The notes beneath the pieces are model-generated. The model did no database searches and had not been told where the DNA came from. It saw only the letters and a list, made by a program, of their open reading frames with translations. Below, one piece after another: positions 18,590 to 32,931 of a DNA stretch of 37,519 bases; position 1 is the stretch's first letter, and the number at the start of each line of letters is the position of its first letter. This DNA is from Bigelowiella natans CCMP2755 (lineage: Eukaryota; Protista; Cercozoa). Where the stretch lies: contig ADNK01000695.1 in the NCBI GenBank assembly GCA_000320545.1, positions 1 to 37,519 of the forward strand. The letters run 5' to 3'. The position numbers and the translations under genes are program-made.

Positions 18590-21427
18590 GTCTATATCTC
18601 TTTTGAAACAAAAACATTCAAGACCGCCACCTGGTACACAGTGGCGAAATAATGAAAATAAGAGCTCTGAAGATGTGGATTTGTTGAGCTCATCATTGCT
18701 ATCCTCAAATAAAATGACTCTTAACGTCAATAATATGAATAAACAATCCTTGTCGAGACCGTTGCGGCTCTCAGCAATGTTTTCCCCTGACAAAAACGAT
18801 ACCACCGTAGAGGGTGGGGTTGTTGAGCCTAAGCAAGAGGTGATTTCTTTTTTTTGTCTCCGAAAATTGCTTCTCACATGTGTGTTTTCAGCTATCTAGA
18901 AGCTGGATAGTTTCGAACGATGGAAATGTTCCATGGCCACATGGCATGAGGTTTGCTTGTACTGGTGGCAACTTTTATGGCTTTCGCGATTTTTTAGTCG
19001 CTCCAATTCAACCTGGTGAGCAGGTAATCTGAAATATGATTTGGAGCAGATCAGCAACGTTGCTGTGTTTTCTCGATCGTTAAGATTTAGTTTGGTTAAA
19101 CAGATTCGCTTGAACATCATGTTACATGCACCAGCATCCCCCGGATCGTATATTGCGCATTTTTGTTTCTTGCACGAAGGTAATATTAACATGGCAATTA
19201 AGACATGCAGTTACCCATCCTGTAAACTACAGGTGTACCTATTGGGCCATCGCAACGAGTTCGTTTCGTTGTGAAACAACAGAGATGGAATAATTCACGT
19301 GCACAGAATTCAGGGCAAAAGCTCCAGGTTGGAGCGCATTTCGTCAGGGATCTGACAATCATGGATGGACAAATGGTGACTCCAGGTCAAGAGGTGGAAA
19401 AAACCTGGCTTATAAAGAACACAGGAAAGATTCCATGGCCAAAAGGCACGCGACTCGTATGTATTGGAGGAAATTGGCCGGTAGGTGATGTCTCTGTCTT
19501 GGTAGAAGATGTTCTTCCATCGATGGAAACTCCCGTAAGTGTCACATTGAAGGCTCCGAATGAAATGGGGAGACAGAGTGCCAGATTCCAGCTTCAATTA
19601 GCAAATGGACGGAGATTTGGTCATCGGTACTGGGTTAACATCCAAGTGTCTCATTTTCCAAGCGCTGAGCAGCTATACGAAATGGGTCGACAATTTCTAC
19701 TCGATCATCAGCTTGTACAAAGCATTCAGGTCCATGAAGAAATGTGAATGTGATGAGTATTTCCTTTTTCTCTTTTAACGATTCCTCCAATAAATATTTG
19801 GTTACTCCTAATAGGGAGAGATCCCTTTCATCTTCGGTTCCTTTAGTCAAGGACGCCCATTACTGCGCACAGCCGAGGATCTAGTGAAGAAATGTCCTAA
19901 GTTAAAGTCCCATCCTTTTGTTTTGTTCATCTGGAGATTTCTCCCAACAATTGACCATTGGTTACGCTCTAAGTTGAAAGGTAATTCCAAGGACATAATG
20001 ACTTTCCTCCATAAAATACAGCTGTGACATTTTATCAGACGCGTTGGAAACTTACACAAAGATTGTACGAGAAAATAATGAAAATATAATTTCAAGCAGT
20101 AGTCCATCTGGCAGGTATAGAAAAACGATGCATGTAATTTCCATATTTTTGACGTAGATTGTGCAGTGTTACTGGTGGTGAAGAAGTTGCTTCAAAGATT
20201 TCTAACATCTCACAACCGGGGTTTTCACATGCTAAGTTTTCCAACCCTGAGTCAAGGTGATTTTTTCATTGTAATTCTGAATCACTGCTGAAAAAAACAT
20301 CATCAAAGGGAACATCGACGAGGAAATTCCATGCCATCCCTCCTTCGAAGGCCTACGCTCTCATTGGGAACCGCTAAGGAAGAAAAGAAAAGGCATATAT
20401 CGCAGAGGCCCTCAAGATTATCCACATCACTCGATTGGAGATCAAGATTTTCGCAGAGACCTTTATCTACCTTAGGTCCAATTAGAATATTTTGTATTCA
20501 TTCATTAGAGTTCAATAATACGTTGATTAGGTGATCGAAAAACAAGCAAATATATTAAGTTACGATTGGAGAATGATAGTGAGAAAATAATTTCACAATT
20601 TTCTGCACCACATACGATATCTCCGCATGTTGCTGGCATCAGTGAATCCCTTTCGACTACCAACCATAAAGGAGCATATGATCTTGAAAGGAAATTTCAT
20701 GATACTTCATTGAGTCGAACCATAAGAAGCCCCAGTCCAAAATTAGTCCGGGGAGGAGTAATAAAGCCAGATAGCAAATCTGGAAGTCCCCTTCGCCCAC
20801 CTCTTCGGAGCTCGCCGTCAACATCAGTTTCTCCTCAACGGCATACTGCTGTGCCAGCACCTCCATCAACTCCAGTCAGACCTATATTATCCAAGGTTCA
20901 GCAGTACATTAGCGTATTATCCTCCTACAGTGTTATTGAGTTCGTTTTTTTAATTTTCCAGGCTGTGGGAACTCCAACCTCACAACCACAAGCGTCATCA
21001 CCGCCACGCATAGACCCTGTGTTTGATTTTCGGCTCCATCAACATGTTCGCAGAGCTGCTTCACCAACTGATCAGATTGGGGGAGGTAGTTGCTTTTCTA
21101 TTCTTGGGTAAAGGTGTAGTAATATTGTCTCATTGTAGGTTCATTCCAACTTTGGGCAAAGCCTCTATGGGTAAAATTTCTGTCTGTTTACATATACTCG
21201 AAATCAGGCTGATGTATTCCAATCATAGCACGGAAGTCACTCTCGCCAGAGCTCATTGGTATCATGCTCATCAGGTAGATGTTGGTTAATTGGTGTAAGA
21301 TTATTCTTTTAAATGCTTGGTGTTTATTCTTCAACAGCACAAGGTGGCGATAAGAGTGACAAATCTGATCAATCAGATCCAGCATTTTAATCATATTGGG
21401 AATCAGTTTTTACAAGGATTTCGGTGA
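18590..21427 (+). CDS. NBR1/ILRUN-type FW (Ig-like) domain protein, multi-exon; ends approximate
   Basis: Exon 19233-19729: AHFVRDLTIMDGQMVTPGQEVEKTWLIKNTGKIPWPKGTRL...VSVTLKAP...RFQLQLANGRRFGHRYWVNIQV. In-phase neighbouring exons at 19104-19179 and 19815-19980; Pro/Ser-rich C-terminal exons. No clear PB1, ZZ or UBA domain seen. Confidence 0.78.
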
Positions 21428-22059
21428 AATCTATTTGCATCCTCGATCCTTCTTAGGAGTTCTTCAAAGATCAACAATTAGAACCCTACATTAATCGTCA
21501 TCCCAAGAAAAATATAAATTTCAAAATAAATAATTATCACATACTTAGAGTAGATTTTCATTGCTTTCAAAGCGAAATCACAATTTTGACCTGGTCAGTA
21601 GTACATACGTACATTCGAAGTCGTTTTGTGCGGGTATAACAAATTATTCGTGATATATCATTTTAATGTAGTTGAACAAAATTTCTAGGAATATTTTACA
21701 AACTGAGATTGACAACTTCTCACAAAAAAAACCACACGTAATCATTTCGGTCATGGCTTAGTCGTTGATGTGTTCGTCAAGGTGTCGAACTGCATGTTGT
21801 AATTGAATTAACATGCATGAATGGATGGCATGTCTGCAATTTTCTCGCATTCAAATGAGTTAATGCAAAAAGAAGTTAAAATCGGGATTGTTTTTGTTCG
21901 CTACACGTTCCATGTCATGCGTGACATCATAACATGTAGGCATAATGACGTTTTTAGGGCTTCTTGTTGAGTACCATGTTGGTTCAATTTGTCAGCGTCA
22001 TCACGATCCTGGCCCATTGCTTGACTCTCACCCTTTTTGCAATGCACTCTACTACTGCT

Positions 22060-23640
22060 CTCGTCTAGTCTTGTCGTTTGCACGTGCATGTGATGACCAC
22101 CTCTAGACAGACATGCCTGCTTGCATGCAATCAATTCTGGAATGACGCAATGTGCGAAACTGCAGTGTCGTGTGTGCCAGTCTAGCTAGTTAGCAGTCTA
22201 GCAGTGCTAGAGTGGCAAGAGACAAAGTGCATGCCAACATGCATTCACTTGACTTGACAAAGTGCACATTGATGTGTGCACGTGTCTCCAACACTGGAAC
22301 AGTCTAGCAGTCTAGCAGTGTGTGCTCCGTGTTGCACACAACGGATGCAAACTCAATCGAACTAGCTAGCTCTTTTGCTAGCTGGTGCTAGGGAAGCACA
22401 CATTGGCAAGACTGGACGACACGCATTGCAAAACTGGCGTTTCTGTCTCAGCATGCCATGAGCACGACTGCTAGACTAGCTGCGCTGTGTCATTACTTCT
22501 AGACTTGCATGTCATGAGTCAGATGTGCCACACGTCAAATGATTCAACACGCAGCATGCACGTGTCAGCACTCGACTTGCAGAATTCGATGCTCTCTGGC
22601 TCCAGAGCTGTGAGGACTAGCTAGCTAGATCGAGGAGCACGCACACCTGCATGCGCAGCTAGCTAGGTCTGAAGCTCTGGAGCTAGGCAGCCTGGCCCAA
22701 TGGCCTGCAGCGCACCCATGCTGCTTGGTCCGTCCTTTTCAGCTCAGCAATGAGTCACCAAACAAACAACAAGTGCAACCCGCAAGTGGTTGTGAAAGTG
22801 TGAACTTGCTGCCAGCCAGTGGCCGCAAGGCCGTTGCAGATCAAGTCGCAACTTTTGGGGTGGCTAGGTGGGCGCAAATGACAATCTCTAGATCTGAGTG
22901 TCTGGTGTGTCCCTTTGCAACAACGTCCACACTCACTTTGGCCAGTCAGCAGTGGGAAAGGCTGGAAGGGATTGAGCCAAGCTTCCACTTCCTCAGGTGA
23001 ACGAACGAACATCACCAGGTCAAAACGTTGAACATTGAAGATTGCACTTCGCCTTGATGACAAAACTGCCCACGCAACAACCACGCTGGCACGTGGGAAA
23101 CACAGGCGTTTGCGTGCGACGACAGTGCCTGCAAATCATTTAAGTTTTTGCGAGGACTTGACTGCACTGACCAACAATGAACACACGCACATGTGACACA
23201 TGCAACATTGTGCAATGTGCATGTTGTCCACAGTGCCAGCTGACCAGCTGATCTGGTGATCACAGTTGTTTTGATGTTCAACACGACTTGGCAATGCACG
23301 CGCACCAACAATGACACGTTGGCACGCTGCGTTGCTGACACGAAGACGGGCAAAACATTGAAAGATTGACTGCGATTTGACATGAACGAACGAGTGAAGT
23401 GATTCCAAGAGGGGAAAAAAAGGACCACCAGAGTCAGATGGAGCGTGCAGTCTCGCAGTGAATCCCAATCCCAATCAGCTGCTGTGTGAGTGAACGAGTG
23501 AAGCAGTTCCAATGCTTGATTCGAAAGGACAACTAGACGTGCCAACTCATCCACGTCCCTCCCCGACGAGCAACCAAAGATGGAGCGAGGTTCGTTTCAC
23601 ATCCCTAGATCCTCCGGCCACGAGCGCTGAAACAAACAAA
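22060..23640. other. TpA-depleted block 3 (CTAG-rich)
   Basis: About 25 CTAG versus 3 other TA (TTAG ~22190, TTAC ~22493, TTAA ~23140), counted by eye. Confidence 0.9.
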
Positions 23641-23744
23641 CAAACGTGATCATAAGAACCGCATTTCCAAAACAGGGAGCTGGGCATCGGTGAACATTGA
23701 AATTGAACCCCCCCCCTTCGGTGCTCATGACAAAGTCGTACACA

Positions 23745-23898
23745 GAGACAAAAATGAGGAGAAACACTCCCTACGACTTGCACATTAACTAACAATGACT
23801 AGAATGAGACAAAAATACGGGGGGAAACATCCCTACGACCTGCATATGAACCAACAAAAGAGACAAAAATGCAGGGGAAAACATCCCTACGACCTGCA
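23745..23898. repeat. Three degenerate tandem copies of a ~55-60 bp unit
   Basis: GAGACAAAAAT...AAACA(C)TCCCTACGAC(C/T)TGCA starting at 23745, 23806 and 23860. Confidence 0.85.
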
Positions 23899-23947
23899 AA
23901 ACCAAGATCATTTAAAAAGAGTACTTACTTACCCGGGAAACATGCAA

Positions 23948-24005
23948 TGGGGGACGACGACGATGATGGGGGACGATGACGATAGGGGACGATGATGGGG
24001 GACGA
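23948..24005. repeat. Short G-run tandem repeat, four copies of GGGG(G)ACGA(TGA)
   Basis: atgggggacgacgacgatgatgggggacgatgacgatagggggacgatgatgggggacga. Confidence 0.75.
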
Positions 24006-24109
24006 AGAGCGACGACGAATACACATCAAATAGCGACAGTAGAACGGCGAACATGGGAAGTGAAAGTTCTCTAGAAAAAGTGTGAGGGGCGATTCTGTTA
24101 AGGTGGGCA

Positions 24110-24594
24110 ATGCTCAGACGAGTGCAGGGTGCAGGGAGGTCAGCAAATACAGCAGCATGCTGGCTCCTCCTCCCACTCATACTAGTGTACATGCTTCTAC
24201 CCCCGAAGACCACTTTTGGGAATCTCACAGTACTCTCAGATCAGGTATTTGAATTTAGTTTTTTATTCAAACTCTAGGCGAAACTACCAATCTCCACACA
24301 GTCAGCACACAGCTAATACCTACCACACTGCTTTGACCTACCGACACTTTGCAGCATAAACGAGGGTCTTGGCCGTCAGATTTATGCTCATCATTGTCAT
24401 CGTTGGATGACGATGGATCGCAACCACCCGCAGCAGCACCAGCACCGCCATTCTCTGATTTCCCTACACATCCTTGTCTGAAGAATCCAAAGGTAATGAT
24501 AATTATATACGATGATGATGATGATAATGATATTATTTTCAAAGCTATGATGACGAGTTTACTAACACGTTCATCGGCGAGAGGGTTTCACTTA

Positions 24595-24625
<31 letters not shown>

Positions 24626-25145
24626 TGTTGTAGTGAGGTAGGTATAGTAACAGTAGCAGCAGCAGCAGCAGCAGCAACAGCACAGATGAAATCATAAAAG
24701 AAGAAGAAAAAAGAATGGAAAAATATTAATCTAATCTCATCTGTAAAAGCATTATGGTGGAATTTATTATGAATTTAAAACAAATCTTGATTGCTATTAA
24801 TACTAATCCTACCAACGTTTTGTAGTCGTCGTTTTGAGTGAACGTGTACGACAATCACCGCCACCTGGAAATATTCAACAGTATTTGTTGTTCAGGACGG
24901 ATTAAATTATGAATTTTCGGCTTTCCGAAAGCATAAAGGTGGTGATTGATTGATTACTTACTTACTACGACTGCTTTGCTAATAATGTCGCAGCGACGTA
25001 ACACAGCCTCAGTTTACAATTACATACATGCATTACTTAATGTTGCACATTATGGGATTTTTATGCTGTAATAAAAGAATACGGGGAAATTTATTCCTCC
25101 TTCACTAGTAACGACGACGACTCTCAAGAAGGTAAGATATCTGTA

Positions 25146-25189
<44 letters not shown>

Positions 25190-25849
25190 TCCTATGTATC
25201 AGCAAAATCATCAGAAAGTACATTAATAAATCATAAGGTGACGCAACAATAGCAAAAGCAGTCTTTGCTATTGTGGGTTACCAGAATATTGTAAGCATTA
25301 AGAGACGACGGCATTATGATATGTAATTTTACAAATTATAAAGACGGTGAAAATACCGGTGCTACTATGTAACAACAACGCAAGGGATTATAAAAACCAC
25401 AATAACAGCAACACCACTACATTCTCCGTTCCTGCTGCTTTAATATGTCGTCAAAGCTGTCGTCGATATAATGCGGACCAACGTCTCACATTATATGAAT
25501 GATATACATATATCGGCATAGAGATTCTAAATGAATATAATTCCATCCTGGTAAACAGCAATTATTAGTTTCTATTTTACGGCACTCTTTACGATTATTT
25601 CATTGTACTTTACAATGCAGGCATACACATGTATACTATTAATGTTCTCTGTGACATTATGTAGGGCGCGAGAAACGAAGAAGTTTATTCGATGATAATA
25701 ATGGTAGCAAGAATGTAGAATAAAGACAGTGTACCACCATATTTCTATGATATTTTGGATGATTGTTACTTACCGTTATCACATTACGAAATAGAAGAAA
25801 ATACTTATGAAGAAAAAAAGAACAAGGAAATACATATCTGCTGCATACA

Positions 25850-25885
<36 letters not shown>

Positions 25886-26811
25886 AATCGTTAAGAAGGA
25901 GGTGTATCTATCATGTGTTGTTTTCATTGTTGTCCAATTATTGTGATTGTTGTCCAATTATTGTGATATTGAATGGAGGTGATACGTTTGCGGCCTACAA
26001 TCCTGACTTCGACTATAGGTAACGATTCAACGATGATTCAGTCATCAATTTGTAAACACAATCATGACAACTTTAAACACGGTGATATTCGTTATGATTT
26101 GTGCTATTCTTCTTCTTCTTCTTCTTCTTTTTCTTTGTCTGCCTATAATAAGGAGCGCTCTCAAACAAACAAAATCCAAAGGAAACAACAACAACATGGA
26201 CGAGGAATTCATGAGGTCATTCATTTATTCTGATTTGAAAGGTACTAGTAAAAATAGTAGTTGTAGTAGTAGTAGTAGTAGTAGTAGTAGCAGTAGTAGT
26301 AGTAGTAATATACATCATATTTTCCTCAAATAAAGGAAAACCACACTATGGGCAATTTTGATTCGAATATTTTACCAGCAGCTTCTCAAAATATGATGAA
26401 ATCTCCTTTAGAAGCTAAGGGCAATGCTGCTCCTCCTCCTCCTCCTCTTCCTCCTGCTCCTCCTGCTGCTGCTGCTGCTGCTGCATCATCATCGCTGAAT
26501 AATCTAAATGAGTTCTGGAAAGGTCCATCAGCATGAGAGTATGGATTTCAGTCATCATTTGAATGTGTTTGGGGGGGGGGGTGGGGGGGTTGTAAGCTCT
26601 GTACTTATTCCAACGGTACTGTTACTTACGGGTGATTGATTACTACAGAAATTTTAGTTATCATACAATTATTATTATGAATTAATAGTCGTATTATTTC
26701 TGCTGTTGCTGCTGCTATTATTGTTGTTGGTACTAACCCTATGTAGAAATCAGTCAAGATCCTGAGAAGGCAAAATGGTGGGTATCATTAGCAGCGATAA
26801 TGTAGAAAAAG

Positions 26812-26843
<32 letters not shown>

Positions 26844-27606
26844 CTTGCACTAGTACTTAATAAGATAAGGAGGAAGCAAAACAAAATAGGCTACCAGCTG
26901 TATGTAGATATCATCAATTTTATGAGAGAATAGAAACATGGGGTGGTTTGCAGTAAATACTACGTTTATAACGGAGGTCGCTTGTGTGGTTATTATTGTG
27001 TATCATGGATATCTTATTCTTTTTCTTCATCATCATCATCACCTTCTTCTTAGGTTCAGTTCTTCACCCATAAAGTAAGTGTGTCATCACATCAGTTGGA
27101 AAACAAACGAATTCTCAGGAGAAGAAATTGATTATAACGATGATGATGATGAGGATGATGATGATGATCAATCTCACCCTTCTTGCTATCCCAATTTTCA
27201 TTTCTGTGTTGTTATTGTTGTTGTTTTCAATCATATGGAAATGATAAGTCTTGAGAAGTTTCGAGAGGTGGATTTGCCTATTATGGACGGATGGTCAGTT
27301 AGTTATTATACCTACCTACACATGTCTACTTGCTTCATAACATCATCATTGCGGTTAAATAAAGTAGTAAGAGTAGAATCTACAAAGGTTAAGGAAGAGT
27401 TTACTTCTGTCGTTATGAAGCAAAGGCAGCAGCAGCTTTTAGTAGTGGTTATGATGTTATGAAGTTGTAAAAACGTACCAATGTTTTTGGAGAAAGAGAG
27501 TGAGAGAGAGAGGGGGGGGGGAGAGAGAGAGATGTAGAGTCGTGCCGTTTCAAAACTAGGTAGGAAGCTTCACATTAGTACTACAAATTCCCTTATCTTA
27601 CTAGGA

Positions 27607-27638
<32 letters not shown>

Positions 27639-27857
27639 AAAAATGATTGTCGCTTATTAGGATGAATAAAAGTTTGGCAAAACAATATCCCAATTGGAGA
27701 GAGAGAATTCAAGGGGGTCGGTCATCAATTACTGATGAAGAAACAGTCGTATTCGTCATGTTGTTGCTGCATACATGCTATGATAATCATATGTTAATAG
27801 TTCTGCCAATAGAGTAACAATACATGTAGCTCATTCTATATCAATGTTTTTATATGT

Positions 27858-27894
<37 letters not shown>

Positions 27895-28173
27895 TAATAT
27901 ATACCTTTTAATTTGAACCGCGCATACCCCCCCCACACTTATCATGAAGCTATAACCCTATAACAACACTACAGATACTACCACATGAGGGCTCATTACA
28001 TAAAACTAGTCGTCAATTCACCAACATTTTAGTCAATCAGATATGCTTTTTCTTCTTACATTTCCTCTCCTCCATTATTCTCATTATCATCATTATCTTT
28101 CAGATAAACTAGATCGAATTTTAATGGCGACATGTCCTTACAACGAAACCATCAGGTAATAATGAGAGGCAAA

Positions 28174-28208
<35 letters not shown>

Positions 28209-28947
28209 ATACCTACAAATGATGCAAGTGTGATGATGATGATTATTATGTTTATATACTTCTTGTACCATAGAAGATGCCTCTCCTATATGATTTGATC
28301 AATTTAGTTTCTCCAATATCATCATCATTTGCATTTATCGAAATATGAGTTTAGTACTATATATTATCTGCAGCAGCATAGAATGAAGAACGCATAATAA
28401 AGATAATATTAACTGTAATCATCGTCGTCGTCGTCATCATCATAAGGATGGTGCACCAATGTGATTAGATTTTTCCATGATGGTTGATATCTCCTCTTAC
28501 AGAAATCCCCCACACAAAGGAATCGTCACAACATTGGTACATTATTATTCAGCATTGCTACTAGTGCATTATTGCTTCTCTTTCTTATGCATTATCTCTT
28601 TAATAATAGTAAAGTTGATTTGTGGGTGGAAAATACCACATCAACGATCAATTATACTAATAATATTGCTCAATAAAGACAGAATTATGTTTCTTTTTTT
28701 TTTTAGCTTATTTGGTGTGTTATTGCGTGCTTATGCAGGCTGGCAAACCTGGATTGTTTGGTTGTGTTGATGGATATAGAAAGTAGTAGTAGTAGTAGTA
28801 GTAGTAGTAGCAGCAGTAGTAGTAGTGGTAGTGGTAGTTGTTGTTGTTGAAATTGAACTAGTAGAAAAGAAGATAATGATGGAAGAGGAGGAGGGGGGGG
28901 GTGAGGAGGAGGAAGAAAAACAAACAGCATAACAAGACTAGTCATTC

Positions 28948-28984
<37 letters not shown>

Positions 28985-31074
28985 TGTATTTGACTCAACT
29001 CATTGCAATATTTAAATTGATTATTGTCTTTGTCATCGTCACCACCATCGATGTCGTCTCCTCCCTCCTACTACTGCTACTACTGAATGATATCTTCAGT
29101 GTTGCTCTTTTCCATCGTCCAATGGGAATTGCCATCGATTTTAAAGGAAATGTATATGTCGCAGATGCCTACAATAATGCGGTCAGTAAGTAGTAATAGT
29201 ATGATGATAAGGATAATGATGCATGATGATCATGATATTGATAAAATATGGAGCCGCCTCTAAATCTCCTCCTGGTGCTGCTGCTACTGCTACTGTTGGT
29301 AGTCTACAGTAAGGAAAAGCATTATTTAATGTATCACCTCTTCTTCTTCCAATTAGATTCGAAAGATTTCACCAGGCCAAATGGTAAATATAATAATAGG
29401 AGGAGCGGGAACGTTGTGTTGGTGGTGGTGGTAAAAATCATGGTTATTATAAGAAGACGAAAACGAGAAAAAGCGTGATTGTATTATTATGTATTAACAT
29501 TAACTTCATTATTATTATCATTATTTTTATTATTGCAGCATGCTGACGACGGTGTGTGATTGTTCATTATGAGGTGACAACACTTGCTGGAAAAGCTGGT
29601 GAAATGGGCAAGCAAGATGGGTTCGGTTCCAATGCTAGATTTGGAGAAATGATGGGTACTTCATTACTACTACTACTACTATTAGAAAGAGGAGGAGGAG
29701 GAGGAGATTTTCCTGATTCTCCTTCAACTTATGCATCAGCTATCGTATCATTTTATCACTACTGCGATAATCATTCGGATTCTTATGTTATTATGATTAT
29801 CATCATTAGTACCATCATTAGTAGTTATCATCATTCTTGAACATCATTTTTTGGTCCTGGATTTTCCCGATTTTCTATGAGAATTCTGGCTAATTCAGAA
29901 CGTTTCGATTTCTAGACATGATGATGCTTTATAAGAATAATCTTGTTATTTTGTTATTGTTTTCCGCCCCATTATTCCTTGAATCTTAATGCAAAAGGTC
30001 CCATAGGACTTTCTTTAGATACGTCAAACAGATATTTAATCGCTGCAGATGGCGACAACCACAAGTAGTAGTAGTAATAGTAGTATCATTAACTTGATAG
30101 ACATAATATGATGTTTCTATAACCAACCTATATATGCTAATTTATTATAAACTTAATACATTATTCTACTCTCTCTTCCTCTTCTTCCGTCTACTACTAG
30201 CATTCGTCGTGTGGATGTATTAACTGGGGAAGTAACTACAATCGCCGGCACCGGCAAAGCACGTATGAATAATTACTAGCAACATGATTGAGTTTTTATA
30301 ATAACTTCATGATGATTCATTGGGCTAAGATGAAGCAATATACAGCATACTTGAGTAGTATTAATACGACTTTTTGTGATTTATTAGTTTGACAATTGAT
30401 GATCGTGAAATAAAGTCTTGAAAACGATGACATAATATCGTTTGCATTGTAAGATTTGATGATGCCTTTTATTGTATTTGATTTTAATGGAACGGCATGC
30501 AGATGATAAAGACGGAGCGTCTGGTGTGAGTGGGTGTCATCATCCAATGGGTAGTAATTAATTATCAGGCAATAGGATTGTAGCTCTCCGTCATCGCTAA
30601 ATTATATATGATAAAAATAACAATAATCACACAAATTTGATCTATAGTCTCCATAGCAATTATGTATCATTACCCCACTACATCTGTAGCGTCCAATTTT
30701 GACTCAAACGAATATGTAAATAGTATTTCATTAGTGATTGAGAGTTAGTTTGTTGATTGATTAATCAGGTGTTGCTGTGGACCAGGATGATAACATTTTG
30801 GTCGTAGAAGCAGTAGCAGTAGCAGTAGTAGTAGTAGTAATAGCCAGCTTAGTAATATAGCAAGATATGATTCGATAAAGTAAAGTTGCTTCATGATGAG
30901 GACACCACTGCTGTTTGTAGACATCGTGTTGTCATCAACCATCACATGTGTTTGATTTTAGGTTGCGGATACGCAAAACTCACGTATTCGCAGAATCAAT
31001 ACGGTTTGAAGAATGACGACAAAACTTAACATGAAATAAATCATTGTTGTGTATGCATACCATACTCGATTGTA

Positions 31075-31114
<40 letters not shown>

Positions 31115-31366
31115 GATTTGAAAGGTTATAATAAAAATTATGCCCTCGCATTGTATCATGCATTATATGGATTTCATGCCATACTCATTGTTCATTGATG
31201 TCGTTTTATGCTGATGACCTACACCTTCTTTGTACATATCAATACTATATCCTTCATAAATTCTTATGCTTATACACATATTCTCTTGAAGTTTAATGTT
31301 AGTAGTAGCAGCAATCGTGAATAGTGAGTGATACTCTTATTTACTATAAACATTGAAAGTCTAGAA

Positions 31367-31435
<69 letters not shown>

Positions 31436-31506
31436 GTATGATATATTCTTCAATATACTGTATACTGTATATATCTTTCCTCATGTCTCACTCACCTTTA
31501 CTACTT

Positions 31507-31543
<37 letters not shown>

Positions 31544-31856
31544 CTAAGAACGGCATGATCGACTATTACAGTGGATACGAAATGATGGGAGAACTATGGC
31601 CAGGTGTGTGTGTGTGTGTGTGTGTGTATGTGCCTGTGTGAGATGATGATGTGTTTATAGTACGATAAATGGTAATACTAAGAACAATGAGAAGATAAGG
31701 AAGAAATGGTACGTGTGCTTGCTCACAAGCTTATGTTGTTGTCTCGTCAGATGTGATCTATATTTTAAGTGAAAGGGACAAATTAACAAATCTTGACGGG
31801 AACAACAATAATTCGGTATTAGTCGTCTATATTCGTTCAAACAACTTTAAGTAGCG

Positions 31857-31889
<33 letters not shown>

Positions 31890-32103
31890 TCAATGCAAGA
31901 AGCAGCGATTTTGCTGATTTCTCAATTCAATAAGCGTAATAATATGGATGCAGTTTACTCAATTTTTATCATTATTTGACCACCAACCAGGGCTATTATT
32001 CTACTATATTATCCTCTCTCTCCTTTCACTGAAATTATTGTGAAAAATTTGGTGTCGTAGTTCTAGGTATACCCTCCTTATCTATCAATAATCGTTACAT
32101 ATT

Positions 32104-32171
<68 letters not shown>

Positions 32172-32887
32172 TTATATCTTACTGCGAACATGAAAGATCT
32201 ATCACTTCCCTGGAGGGATTGCACACAGCAAATACTCGGTAGGGTAGGGTAGGGTAGGGTAGGTGCTGCTGAATTTGTATTTTAGATTCAAGCAGCAGAA
32301 TGATGCTAGCAATTACTTTACTATATGGTGATTCTTATTACATAGAGGTGCTCATACAGAAGCTGATCAAATTTTAGAAAAATAAATGGAGAACATCAGA
32401 ACATTTCCATAGTTTCTTTTTCGTCAAAAAAACGAGGGAAAGGGCTGTCACTTCCCCATTTACATCATACTTCTACTTCACCATCCATCATCATCACGAT
32501 GTTTCTATGTATTCATCTGTAGCTACTAGGGTATAATTTATGCTGATATATTCCAAAATAAGTTACTTGATTGATTTGGATTGTAGTAATTGTAATTGAA
32601 CAATTGTGATTAGGGAAATATCTACGTTGCGGACACAGATGGATACCAAATACGCAAGATTGCTACAGACGGAGTGGTAATACTAATAAGATGAAGTAAT
32701 AGTGGTAGCAATTCTAGTGGTAATAGTAGTAGTAGTAGTAGTAGTAGTAGTAACTAGCAGTAACAGTAGTAATTATGTGTTGATGGAATAGTACACACCA
32801 CTAGTATCACCATCATCCATACAGCAATTGTTCACCATTGCTGATCATCATTGTACCATGTAAAAACAACAACTAATCCAACAGAAT

Positions 32888-32931
<44 letters not shown>

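Noticed and set aside
6826-23640. Explaining the TG/CA excess by CpG methylation decay or fungal RIP
   Set aside because: CpG stays abundant in the blocks (e.g. gcgcgcgcgcacgc at ~7325), and RIP would increase TA rather than eliminate it.
23745-23898. Repeat-spacer-like pattern as a possible CRISPR array
   Set aside because: Only three degenerate units with related intervening sequence, eukaryotic context and no cas genes.
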